Below the pieces are notes generated by a model. The model worked only from the letters and a program-made list of their open reading frames with translations. It ran no database searches and had not been told where the DNA came from. Positions 1-9,667 of a stretch of DNA of 62,546 nt are shown here, piece after piece (position 1 is the first letter of the stretch; each line of letters opens with the position of its first letter). The translations under genes were made by a program, and so were the position numbers. The stretch is from a virus (Duplodnaviria > Caudoviricetes): positions 1 through 62,546 of IMG/VR virus record IMGVR_UViG_3300025013_000127; one strand, given 5' to 3'.

Positions 1-965
1 TTATATACATGTGAGCTTGCCGTGGACCGTGAGCAGGTTGACGTCAAAATTAAAATCCCTCACCCGCAGTTGCTGGCACTCGAATAGTCGCAGGCCGCAC
101 CCGAACAGCAGGCTCACGAAGAGCCTGTACGGGTGGAGCAACTGATTTAGGATCGCATCAATTTCCTCGCGGGAAAGCACCATTGGTATATACAGCGACT
201 TCTTTGCCCGCGGCACGTCGGTCAGAATGCCGAAATCCTTTTTGAGGGCATGGCGGTACAAAAAGAGGAGCGAGTTGAAGGCCTGATTTTGAGTCGAAGC
301 AGCGACGTGACATTTGACTGCAAGAAAGGTAAGGTAGTCCTTCACATCGGCGGAGGACAAGGTATCGGGTGCTTTGTTCCGAAGAAACCTTTGGAATTGA
401 CGAGACCAGTTGGCATACGTTTCAACGTCTTTCTGGAGTAGTGCCGAACCTTTATCTCTGTGGCCAAGCGCTCCAGTACGGCATCCCACTCAGGGGAGTC
501 TGATTTTTCAGCGTATCCGGCTTCTATGTAGTTGGAGGTGCGAAGAAGTGAAAGTGTGGGCGCGAGTTCTGTTTTGGGAACAGAATGTGTCGCCGTGGAT
601 GCAGATATGGTAGATTCAGCGGGAGATTCTGCCCGGACAAAATCCGAAGTGTTGGCTTGAGCGGGTATAAGTGTTTCGGTGCAACAAGAGGATGCACACG
701 GGCCTTCATGTTTCAGCATCGCAAGATATAGCGATACTGCGTGGGCCGCACGATTTTGCTTTTCCGGTGTCTGATTTTTGTCTCTCAAATTTTCACAGAA
801 TAATCGAACCCGCTCAGACTTCGAATCGGGCAGTGAATACTTTTCACAAAAGTCGAGATAATACCTGAGCCATTGAAGATACTCGGAATGAGACGTTGCC
901 GGAATCCTCGACAACTTTAGATGGCTCACGAATTTTGACAGAAGTGAGTTTGGGATGCCGTCCAT
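1..965 (-). pseudogene. intI: Integron integrase (long N-terminal type), frameshifted near 420 and truncated after VHGK
   Basis: ORF 342-995 ends ...IKVRHYSRKTLK and ORF 1-489 continues in another frame with TYANW...VAASTQNQAFNSLLFLYRHAL...IPMVLSREE...LLFGCGLRLFEC, all hallmark IntI motifs. It stops at VHGKLTCI*, before the catalytic H-x-x-R and Y. It is divergent from the cassette array. Confidence 0.9.
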
Positions 966-1228
966 TGTTTCGCCTTTGACAAGAATAGAAGACATCTATA
1001 TAGTGCGGTCTAATTTACGGCAGCGCAATGCCTTTTCATGAGAGCATCCATCTATTCTAATTGATCAGGAAACGTTTATGGGGGGATGGACAGTTTTCTG
1101 GCCATCCCCCCGATTGGAACCGTTTTCGGATATTGAGATTCTGACATATCAGCAACTTGCGTCAATGGGGTGTATAAGAATTTTTATTTCGGCGGCGCGC
1201 CGAGGGCGGATGGTGACAATTTCCGGTG

Positions 1229-1243
1229 AATAACGAGTTGGAG
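1229..1243 (+). promoter_or_regulatory. Putative attI core (AATAACGA-G|TTGGAG)
   Basis: TAAC..GTT simple-site pattern between intI and the first cassette ORF; crossover G at 1237. Confidence 0.55.
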
Positions 1244-1356
1244 GACAAAACCATTCAAAAGGTGGTGGTTGATAAAAGCTATGTGGCTGAATCAACAACT
1301 GGTGACTGGACGTAGCTTAATCACACCCTTCTAAAAGATTTGGATCGGAGGACATC

Positions 1357-2169
1357 GTGGGAAACGAAATTGGGGATGTTGTTGGCGCTGTGGCAGGTAT
1401 CGCAAAGGCAGTTCCTGTTTATCAAGACGCACTGCAACCTGCAGCCAAAGAGCTTGGCAAAGCCTTGGAAACGGTTGTTAAAACTGTCCATATTGCTCTT
1501 GCACCAATCAGTGCACTAGTCTGGGGCTACGACCAGATAAAAGATTTCATCTCAACAAAAGTAGCCGAAAGACTGAAAAATGTTCCCCCGGAGAATATAA
1601 TTTCACCAAAACCAAATATTGCTGGACCTCTGCTCGAATCTCTCCGTTATACTGGGCATGAAACGTCGTTGAGTGATCTTTATGCAAACCTACTTGCTTC
1701 CGCAATGGATAAGGCTACTGCAGCCGGAGCACATCCCGCCTTTGTCGAAATCATTAAACAACTCACTGCAGATGAAGCAAAACTAGTAGGTTTATTTGTA
1801 CATGACATGCCTTTTCCGACAATTAACGTTCGTTGGGATTACAAAAACGAAACTGCTGAAAAACGAGGTGGCCAGGCATTGCTTGTTAATTTTTCGCTGC
1901 TGGGAAAGCAGGCCGGTGTGGAGTACCCTCAATTAACACCAACGTATATAGATAATCTCTGCCGCCTTGGGTTGGCAGACGTACCTGCCATGGTCGAATA
2001 CACTGGAGTGGGCGTTTATGAGCCTCTCGAGATTGCACCTGAAGTTCAGAGTACTAGAGCTCATATTGAAAACAACCCTGAATGGAAATTCACCATCGAG
2101 CGTAGGAGTTTGATCGTTACGCAACTCGGCAAGCAATTTGCGGACTTGTGCGTTAAACTCAAACGCTAG
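1357..2169 (+). CDS. Cassette 1: DUF4393/Abi-alpha-like protein
   Basis: VYQDALQPAAKELG, PKPNIAGPLLE, LYANLLASAMD, HPAFVEIIKQL, IDNLCRLGL motifs; GGAGG RBS. Confidence 0.8.
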   Translation: MGNEIGDVVGAVAGIAKAVPVYQDALQPAAKELGKALETVVKTVHIALAPISALVWGYDQIKDFISTKVAERLKNVPPENIISPKPNIAGPLLESLRYTGHETSLSDLYANLLASAMDKATAAGAHPAFVEIIKQLTADEAKLVGLFVHDMPFPTINVRWDYKNETAEKRGGQALLVNFSLLGKQAGVEYPQLTPTYIDNLCRLGLADVPAMVEYTGVGVYEPLEIAPEVQSTRAHIENNPEWKFTIERRSLIVTQLGKQFADLCVKLKR

Positions 2170-2239
2170 GGAGTGGATGGGGCCGGGTATTAATATATTG
2201 AGAACTTTGCCAGCCCTTATACTGGACGGACTTTAGAGA

Positions 2240-2291
2240 TCCCAACCAGGAAGTTAGACCGGCCTCGCCGGTCAACTTCCGGCCGTTATGC
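2240..2291 (+). repeat. attC 1 (52 bp)
   Basis: TCCCAAC...GGAAGTT(A)GACCGG-cctcg-CCGGTCAACTTCC...GTTATGC; hairpin with one extrahelical base. Confidence 0.85.
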
Positions 2292-2308
2292 AGAATGGAA
2301 GGATGATT

Positions 2309-3094
2309 ATGAGTCTTGGATACGTGATTGCTTTACTCGGTGGATGGTCGGTTATTGCTATCGCTATAGTAACTTTTATCGGGAAACTCGCAAATGAAAA
2401 GGTGCTTTCGAATTGGCGAAGGGCTGAACAAAAAGAACTGGAACAGGTCAGACACGGGCTGCAAGAGAACCGGACATTGCTTGATAAAAGCCTGGCTAGT
2501 CTGACTAGCGGGCAAGATAAACTATATGAACGTCGGGCTGATGCTGCTGACAGGCTATGGGCAGCCGTACTCGAGTTGCGTGAGGACCTTTCAGGGCCTC
2601 CATTCTTCTACAGCATTTTACTTCCTGATGAGTACATGGATGTCCTGGAGAAAGGGAATGCAATTGCTGCATCGGTGTCATCGCTTACCGACCGCCACAT
2701 CATGGAGGCAATCGAGAAAACAAAGAAGATTGAAGCAGATAGACCATATTTAGGCGAAATGTTGTGGCTCCGATTTTTCATTTATCGCGCTTTCCTAAGC
2801 CGTGTGGCTCACTTAATAGTCGATGGAAAAGAGAAAGGTAAAATCATAAGCTGGCGAGAAGATTCAGGGATTCAGCAAATTCTTAGGAATGTCATTGAGA
2901 TAGAGCCGCTAACGAAAGTTCTTGGTGACAAGCCAAACCCATTCTCAATAAATATGATCATCCAAGAAATCGAAAATCAGATATTAAAAGAGATTTCACT
3001 CTCATTGACAGGGAAGCGATCAACACTTGAGAGCCTGGAAATTGCGAAGGACCTTCAAACGGCGGTAGCGGGGCTCAACCCTTTCGGAGCATAA
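2309..3094 (+). CDS. Cassette 2: hypothetical protein with N-terminal TM helix and coiled coil
   Basis: Open ORF. Its stop overlaps R'' GCATAAC, the exact complement of the cassette start GTTATGC. Confidence 0.8.
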   Translation: MSLGYVIALLGGWSVIAIAIVTFIGKLANEKVLSNWRRAEQKELEQVRHGLQENRTLLDKSLASLTSGQDKLYERRADAADRLWAAVLELREDLSGPPFFYSILLPDEYMDVLEKGNAIAASVSSLTDRHIMEAIEKTKKIEADRPYLGEMLWLRFFIYRAFLSRVAHLIVDGKEKGKIISWREDSGIQQILRNVIEIEPLTKVLGDKPNPFSINMIIQEIENQILKEISLSLTGKRSTLESLEIAKDLQTAVAGLNPFGA

Positions 3095-3156
3095 CTACCG
3101 CCACGACCTGGCCGCCCAAACTGCGGGGCGGCAGGTCAGGCGGGCGCCCGTTGGAA
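3089..3156 (+). repeat. attC 2 (68 bp)
   Basis: GCATAAC...GACCTG(G)CCGCCC-loop-GGGCGGCAGGTCA...GTTGGAA. Confidence 0.85.
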
Positions 3157-3197
3157 AAAACGGACGACAAAGTCGTGAACTGGTTTGGGAGTTCGAA

Positions 3198-3515
3198 TTG
3201 AGACAAAAGTTTCTGACGAGTATCTTCTTCATCTTATTGATCGTTTCGGTTGTCACTGTCACTAAAGCTGTACTAACCGCTTTTGACATTTACTCATCGA
3301 CAACGTACTCCATTACGTATTTTGCTTTCTTTGGGTGTGCCTTCATTTTCACTAAATATGTGTACCCTAATATGTTCAGGAGAAATCAGTATTTCGCGCT
3401 AATTATTTCAGCTGTTGCAAGTGGTTTATCAATCTGGTGGCTACTGAAAGGGCGCGGGGGGCAGGTCTTGGGAAATCACTTTTTCCGGTTGATCACTTTG
3501 CTGATGGTTGTGTAA
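3198..3515 (+). CDS. Cassette 3: small membrane protein, C-terminus probably derived from an inserted element
   Basis: Three hydrophobic segments, then runs into GGGGGGCAGGTCTTG at 3456. Confidence 0.55.
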   Translation: MRQKFLTSIFFILLIVSVVTVTKAVLTAFDIYSSTTYSITYFAFFGCAFIFTKYVYPNMFRRNQYFALIISAVASGLSIWWLLKGRGGQVLGNHFFRLITLLMVV

Positions 3516-3669
3516 TGCAGGTCAAGAGTTACTGCAATGTCCTTCAGCGAGTAGCCATATTTTATATGTGTTGTTTGAATAATTTGATCCCTCTGCAGCT
3601 TTTCCCTTCCACTCTGCGGTAAAAGCTCGACCAGTGAGGGGCGACGTTCGAGGGGGACAGGCACCATTT
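3456..3669 (-). mobile_element. Remnant of a REP-associated tyrosine (Y1/RAYT-like) transposase element: C-terminal HTH with G-run end motifs
   Basis: The minus-strand peptide ...RPSLVELL...HIKYGYSLKDIAVTLDLHYTTISKVI resembles the C-terminal HTH of long RAYT proteins. It is bracketed by GGGGGGCAGGTCTTG and GGGGGACAGGCACC. Confidence 0.6.
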
Positions 3670-3746
3670 AATATACGGTAGGTCCACCTAAATGGTAAGG
3701 ACCGCGGATGGGACCGGGTATTTATATATTGATAACTCGACGGAGG

Positions 3747-3798
3747 TCCCAACCAGCGGCAGGACCGGCCATCGCCGGTCAGCCTTGAGACGTTGGTC
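3747..3798 (+). repeat. attC 3 (52 bp)
   Basis: TCCCAAC...GGCAGGACCGG-ccatcg-CCGGTCAGCC...GTTGGTC. Confidence 0.8.
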
Positions 3799-3892
3799 GC
3801 GACACGATGTCGCGTGATTATATGTTCTTGATATCAATAATGTTTCACGGATAACAAGAACCTGAAGTATCCCCTTCAGCGCCCTAAGCGGC

Positions 3893-6077
3893 GTGCTGGG
3901 TACGCGCTGTGTACTTGGTACGAAGCCCGCTGACAATGTACCGAATTGGGTTCGAATGGCGACAGGAGAACCCCTCCGGATAACTCCATCCGGTTAAGGG
4001 CTAGGGCTGGGCAATATGGTGAAATTAGATGAATGGTCGTTGACGCGCCGTCAGAAGGGAACCACCCTACCGGAGTCAACAGGGTGTAGGCATGTTTCCA
4101 AGTGCTTACATGCGTGGACAGGCTGCAAGTCGCCAACATGCTTGCACGGGATCGTTGAGCCACCGGCGTTCAGACCGCACCTAAGTTGTCCGTCAAGTTA
4201 ATCACGCGGAACGTGGAAATGTCGCCACTCCGCCCTGTCTCGCGATGCAGGGCAAGCCGACCGTAAGGCAGGCAGATGGAGGGGCGAAATTGAGAGGTCG
4301 GAAAAAGCGAATGCCATTTCTGTAACGGGATGGATAGAGCATGAAACATGGCTTAGCGCGAAAACCGGGGAACGTCCTTCCACAACCCCGGCGAAACGGC
4401 GCGCCCACGTCCGACTGGTGTTCCGTTGCGAGATCATTTGGAGAACCTCTGAAGATGGGAAAGCAAATGGCGGCTTCGGCCGGTGCGCCCAGAGACAAGA
4501 CCGGATCATGGGGCAAGATCGATTGGATCAAGGCCCGCCGGGAAGTCAGGAGGCTGCAAATCCGTATCGCGAAGGCTGTGAAGGAAGAAAGGTGGAACAA
4601 GGTGAAGTCCTTGCAACACCTGCTGACCCACTCGTTCCACGCCAAGCTCTTGGCTGTCAAACGAGTGACCTCGAACAAAGGCAAGAAAACCCCTGGCGTC
4701 GACGGTGTTCTCTGGAAGACCGCCAAGGCCAGATGGCTGGCTGTTCGCAGCCTGCGCCGACGTGGCTACCGGCCGCAACCGCTGAAAAGGATTTACATTC
4801 CGAAGAAGAATGGACGGAAAAGACCGCTTTCGATTCCCGCGATGTCTGATCGGGCAATGCAGGCGCTGTACAAGCTGGCACTGACACCGGTGGCGGAGAC
4901 CATGGCCGACGGCAACTCCTACGGGTTCCGGGAAGGCCGCAGATGCGCCGACGCTACCGCGGCAGCTTTCAACGCACTGGGCAAACCGAACTCCGCACCG
5001 TGGGTTCTGGAAGCGGATATTGCGGGTTGTTACGACAACATCTGTCAGAACTGGTTGTTGACAAACATCCCAATGGACCGCGAAATTCTTCGCAAGTGGC
5101 TTGAGGCGGGGTATATCGAAGATGGCATCCTATACCCCTCGCACAAAGGAACTCCGCAAGGTGGGATTATCAGCCCCACGCTCGCGAACATGACACTCGA
5201 CGGATTGGAGCGGGTCATCCGCAATGCAGTCCCCCGGCGGTGTCGTATCAACTTCATTCGCTACGCTGACGACTTCATAGTGACGGGCAAATCACGCCGT
5301 CTCCTGGAAAAGTCCATCAGACCGGCGGTTGAAAGGTTCCTGGCCGATCGCGGGCTCCAGCTAGCACCGGAGAAGACCGCAATCACGCACATAAAGCACG
5401 GCTTCACGTTCCTCGGGCAAACCTATCGCAAGACCGGCAATGTACTGCACATCACCCCGGCCAAGGAGGGAGTCCTCGCCCTCAAACGAAAGGTGGGAAC
5501 GTTAATCCGCAAATACGTCAGCGCGCCATTGCCGATCCTTGTCAGGAAGCTGAACCAAACGCTTCGCGGCTGGGGGAACTACCACCGCCATGTGGTGGCA
5601 GGGGAGACTTTTGTAATTGTCGACAAGTATGTCAAGGAACAACTCAGGCGCATGGTGTACCGCAGACACCAAGGAAAGTCCCGGAGATGGCTGGATCGCC
5701 AATATTGGCGGGTTCCCGGACACGAACGGGCGTTTACGGTCGCCTCTAAAACCGCCAAGGGGGAACTACGCAATTATGAGGTATTCCGCCTCAAGTCCCT
5801 GAGCATACGACGACACGTCAAGATCAAGGCCGACGCCAACCCCTACGTGAAGGAAGAGGGGAGGTACTTTGCACGGCGCAAGCTCAACAAAGAATCTATG
5901 GGCGTAGTGGGCAATTCAGCCCGCGAGCGCAAGGCCATGGTCGCCGACAAAAGAGGTAACAGAGCCGGGGCGTCCAACAAGGGCGTCCTTTGAGAATGCC
6001 TGAGCCGGATGAAGCGAAAGTTTCAAGTCCGGTTCTTAGGGGGGGGCGGGAGCCGCAAGGCTCCCCTCCTACCCGGT
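3893..6077 (+). mobile_element. Group II intron (chloroplast-like class, no endonuclease domain)
   Basis: 5' GTGCTG; domain V GAGCCGGATGAAGCGAAAGTTTCAAGTCCGGTTC at 6002; domain VI with bulged A at 6071; ends ACCCGGT. The 5' boundary is less certain than the 3' boundary. Confidence 0.85.
4467..5993 (+). CDS. ltrA: Group II intron reverse transcriptase/maturase
   Basis: RVT_N-type N-terminus (VRRLQIRIAKA), TPGVDG, SYGFR, GTPQGGIISPTLAN, YADD, and X domain (LNQTLRGWGNY); no HNH domain. Confidence 0.95.
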   Translation: MAASAGAPRDKTGSWGKIDWIKARREVRRLQIRIAKAVKEERWNKVKSLQHLLTHSFHAKLLAVKRVTSNKGKKTPGVDGVLWKTAKARWLAVRSLRRRGYRPQPLKRIYIPKKNGRKRPLSIPAMSDRAMQALYKLALTPVAETMADGNSYGFREGRRCADATAAAFNALGKPNSAPWVLEADIAGCYDNICQNWLLTNIPMDREILRKWLEAGYIEDGILYPSHKGTPQGGIISPTLANMTLDGLERVIRNAVPRRCRINFIRYADDFIVTGKSRRLLEKSIRPAVERFLADRGLQLAPEKTAITHIKHGFTFLGQTYRKTGNVLHITPAKEGVLALKRKVGTLIRKYVSAPLPILVRKLNQTLRGWGNYHRHVVAGETFVIVDKYVKEQLRRMVYRRHQGKSRRWLDRQYWRVPGHERAFTVASKTAKGELRNYEVFRLKSLSIRRHVKIKADANPYVKEEGRYFARRKLNKESMGVVGNSARERKAMVADKRGNRAGASNKGVL

Positions 6078-6101
6078 GCGCATTAAAAAGGAGGAAGATG
6101 C

Positions 6102-6905
6102 ATGAAGGCCATAAAAGTCAGTTCAATTCTTCTCCTTGTTTCACTGATGGTCTCATGTGCTTCGCTTCCTTCATCTTCCGGCCCCCCAGAGCAAGGCGCG
6201 ATCTTGTTCCCCCGCGCCATCGTTGGAATCAAAGATATTGATGTAGCGATCGAATTCGAACAAAACCTCAAGAAACGTTACAACGAAGATCCTCCCGCTG
6301 GTGCGTCATGGTTTGAGGTAATTGATGGTAGCACGCCAGTCCTAATCAGTGCCCCTCACGCTACCACGCCTACGAGAGAAGGAGGCGCCCACCAATTTGC
6401 GGATGCTGGAACGGGGGCGCTAGCAGAGGCGCTAAATCGACTGACGGGTGCGACTGTGATTTACACGACGTACAAGAGCCCATCGGATCCCAATTACTAT
6501 GATAACAATGCCTACAAGGCGAAGTTAGAAGATCTTCTTGCCTCCAAGAAACCGCTGCTAGTTCTTGATCTTCATACCTCCCATTGGCACCGCCCATATG
6601 ACGTTGACTTTGGAACCATGGGCGGACAGTCGCTGATAGGCCAACTCTCTCTATTTCGCCTTCTTGCGGAGGATCTACGGGCCGCCGGGCTCGCCAACTT
6701 CTCCCAGGACTACTTCTCCGCCTCGAAAAACGCGACCGTTACAAAGTGGGTGTCAGCCCGTGGGGTACCCTGCATTCAACTGGAGATCAGTTCCACGTGG
6801 ACGAATACCTCCGGCGAGTTGAATGTCCATCGTTTCGCTCAGTTACTGGAAGCGCTTACAAGATTCGTTCGATATGTCGGCGCCGCCCCAGGCGCCCAAC
6901 AATAG
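6102..6905 (+). CDS. Cassette 4: lipoprotein, N-formylglutamate amidohydrolase-like Zn hydrolase
   Basis: Lipobox LMVSC; ISAPH, DxGT, VLDLH, DFGT, IQLE motifs. Confidence 0.7.
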   Translation: MKAIKVSSILLLVSLMVSCASLPSSSGPPEQGAILFPRAIVGIKDIDVAIEFEQNLKKRYNEDPPAGASWFEVIDGSTPVLISAPHATTPTREGGAHQFADAGTGALAEALNRLTGATVIYTTYKSPSDPNYYDNNAYKAKLEDLLASKKPLLVLDLHTSHWHRPYDVDFGTMGGQSLIGQLSLFRLLAEDLRAAGLANFSQDYFSASKNATVTKWVSARGVPCIQLEISSTWTNTSGELNVHRFAQLLEALTRFVRYVGAAPGAQQ

Positions 6906-6991
6906 GGCATAAAGGGGACGTTCCGTTTTCTCTTAAGTGGTTACAAAGAGGACAACGGAGACGTTGAGTCAGAAAATTTGAGGGAGCGTGA

Positions 6992-7043
6992 TCCTAACAA
7001 GGAAGTTTGACCGGCCACGAGTCGGTCAACTCCCGGGTTGGGC
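6992..7043 (+). repeat. attC 4 (52 bp)
   Basis: TCCTAAC...GGAAGTTTGACCGG-ccacgag-TCGGTCAACTCCC...GTTGGGC. Confidence 0.85.
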
Positions 7044-7070
7044 ACAAAGAAAAAAGGAACCATTAGTTGC

Positions 7071-8565
7071 ATGGATCACATTGCTATTAGAGTTCGACCT
7101 GCACCCGCAATTCAGGTGGCTTCGGACGAAGCTATTCTCGGCGACGCTACGTTCCCAGCAGCACACGTTGAACGTGTCCGTTCCTACACCTGTCATGAGC
7201 GGCGGCAGCGCGCCGAGTACCATTCGCGCCGTTACCTACGGCATCTTTCGGAGGAGGCACTGCGCCGTCGAGCGGGCGACCTCATCTGCAATGTCGTCTA
7301 CGTCTCACGGCACAACCGATATTCCGCCAACACACGCTATATCCACTACTGGCGGGATCGACTTGCGCACACCGTTGAAGAATTAACCATCCGCGGCGCG
7401 AGCACCGTGATTGAGGAGGGTGTGCTGGACCACCTGCCCCCTCTTGGCTTTTCAACCCCACGAGAGTTAGCCGGGGTTACGCGCGGGCGGGAATTTTACC
7501 GGTACGACAAGCTGAGCTACATCGAATCTTTACGTTCTAAAGGAGAAATCTTCTTGCGGTGCGCGTCAACTACGGACCTTGTACTCGACGCCGCCCGCAG
7601 CGACTCAAACGAGCTGTGTATCCGCCTGTCGCTGCTTGCCGAGGATTTGATCATTGAAAACGATGCATCGGTGCGCCCATGGTCTGGGAACCCAGATGTT
7701 GTAGACGTTAATATCCATCAGAAAACGGACTACTTGATGTTCTGCTTGTCATGCGTCTATGACTGGCGACTGTTTGGTAACTTCGGAGGTGAGGCTGCGG
7801 ACGGTGGCACAGGGGAACCTATGGCCTGCCTCGTCATTACGGACCAGGACGAGTTCTCGCGGCGTTTTGCCCGGGGGGTTGCCAATCTCGTGCCACAGTG
7901 GCGTGACCAAGCCGATGAGATCGAGATTAGCGAGGGAAGAGCCCACTACTACGACCCCTACGACGCACGTGAGTGTAACGCTCTATTCACAAACTCCGGG
8001 ATCTTGCCCTTCGCCAAGCGCCGGAGCTACACGTATCAGCATGAGTATCGGTTTGTCATTCGCCCCTGCCTACCAGAGAACTTTGTTCCCAGTTACTCCC
8101 CAGAGGCAATGCCTCAATTTAGTCGTGATTTTATTTACTTAGATAGCTTGAAAGACATTTCAACAATCATCTACTCAGATCCAGCGCGATTGCATCGGAG
8201 TCGATTTTACCTCTCTAGGAGGGAAAGCAGCATACTGGCGTCTGCAATCGGAGTGACTCTTGATGATAGCTCCGACCGAGTCCGCTTCACCTACTCCGTC
8301 GAGATTAAAGAGCGTGGACGAACCAATCCGGTTGATCTAATGACTCCCATGCGATATGAGCGCGGGGCAATAGGGATTCATCAGCAAGAAATCGACATCC
8401 CAGCGGACCCGTTGTCGCGGGACATCATTTCCTTGGTCGCTAGCTTCTACAAGGTCTTCGATGTGCGCGAACATGGTAATTACTTGATCCAGTTTAATGC
8501 CGAAGCAGCTAGGTTATCGGCGAGGTGTCGGTATCGCGTGTTCTTGCCTTGTGCTGAGCCTGGTG
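7071..8565 (+). pseudogene. Cassette 5 hypothetical protein, 5' part (interrupted by the prophage)
   Basis: Joins in frame to 49127-49413 when 8566-49126 is removed, reading ...CAEPG-GDELQVQ... (593 aa). Confidence 0.8.
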
Positions 8566-8606
8566 ACAAGGGGGGTGGGATAACTAACTCCTCAGAATCT
8601 TGATAA
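8566..8606 (+). repeat. Left terminal inverted repeat of the prophage
   Basis: ACAAGGGGGGTGGGATAAC...TGATAA; the first 19 nt match the reverse complement of the right end at 16 positions. Confidence 0.8.
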
Positions 8607-8725
8607 ACGTGTTTGGGGGTTCTTGGCAGATGCTTTACACTGGGGGCAAATCGACCACGCATCAAGAAAATGTTGATGGCGTTCGACCGTTGAAAATTTA
8701 TTGATTTCCGGGTACCGGGGAGGCG

Positions 8726-9052
8726 CTAGCCTCCTTTTCTTTTATCGGCGAGGTCGGGGGGTTGGGTGAGCGCTTCTGATGAACCGAAAACGAGCTTTGC
8801 GGTGGACGGGGGAGCCGCGGACTCAGCCCCCCAGTACTTAAGTATGATATCCATGGCACAGGCGGCGGCCGTGGGGGAGAAGTAGAGGTTTACTGTTTGG
8901 TCGTTGACGGGCGAAGAGTAGACAGCCCGTGACGGATCGGCGTCGAGAAGTCGGAAAAGGTCTTGGATCTCGCCAACCAGACGATCGGCCTTGCCTCTCA
9001 ATTGATCATCTCGCGTAATCCTTATGCTGTACCAGTTCATCGTTTCCATCAC
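8726..9052 (-). CDS. Hypothetical protein (prophage left-end accessory gene)
   Basis: 108-aa ORF abutting the upstream gene. Confidence 0.65.
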   Translation of the reverse strand: MMETMNWYSIRITRDDQLRGKADRLVGEIQDLFRLLDADPSRAVYSSPVNDQTVNLYFSPTAAACAMDIILKYWGAESAAPPSTAKLVFGSSEALTQPPDLADKRKGG

Positions 9053-9637
9053 CTACTCTCCCCAGGCAATTACACGGCCTTTTTTTACATAGAGCCAGAG
9101 GCCGCCTCTTCCGTACTGGTCGACTATGCCGTTTTTTGTTTTAACCTGGCCACGGAGAAAGACCTCGCCATAGCATTGTTGTACCCGCGACAGCTTCATC
9201 CCCACTTTTATATTTTGATAATCATCCCCGCAGACATCGTTCATATATCGTTCACTTTTTACTATCGAGCCCTCTATAAACCCATCCATGTATTCAGAAA
9301 AAAGGAGGGGGTCTGGTAGATGGTTGTAACAATTTACCAGTGGCGCATAAGCCGCTATGGCTTCAGATGTTTTGCCGGGCGCTGACACAAGTGAGCGGAA
9401 CGACTCTAGCGCTTCGAAATAGGATATAACGTCATTAATATCCGCATCCCGTTGCCAGTTACTGCCAGGTAGCGAGTTGACTAGCTTTTTGGCATTATCA
9501 AAGTCCTTGGCTAAAATTTTAGCTTCGATTTCAGCCATCAATGCCCCGCTGGGCGTGTCCATTGTCGCTGCGTCTGAATGAGCGATGGCAGGCAGGAATA
9601 GCATCAGAAAACATGTTACCAATATAAAACCTTTCAT
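9053..9637 (-). CDS. Exported protein, candidate moron
   Basis: Signal peptide MKGFILVTCFLMLFLPAIAHS; C-terminal IKVGM...LYVKKGRV segment resembling SmpA/BLIP folds; GGGAGGGA RBS. Confidence 0.7.
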   Translation of the reverse strand: MKGFILVTCFLMLFLPAIAHSDAATMDTPSGALMAEIEAKILAKDFDNAKKLVNSLPGSNWQRDADINDVISYFEALESFRSLVSAPGKTSEAIAAYAPLVNCYNHLPDPLLFSEYMDGFIEGSIVKSERYMNDVCGDDYQNIKVGMKLSRVQQCYGEVFLRGQVKTKNGIVDQYGRGGLWLYVKKGRVIAWGE

Positions 9638-9667
9638 GTCTGTCCCTCCCCTGTAGATCTTTGATGG

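Noticed and set aside
3849-3892. GGATAACAAG...CTGAAG/CTTCAG as an attC targeted by the intron
   Set aside because: No GTT R' box at the right spacing, with or without the intron.
4341-5993. RT as a DGR or retron acting on the prophage fibre
   Set aside because: It has a maturase domain and domains V/VI. No TR/VR pair with adenine-specific differences was seen, and the fibre repeats are diverged at all bases.
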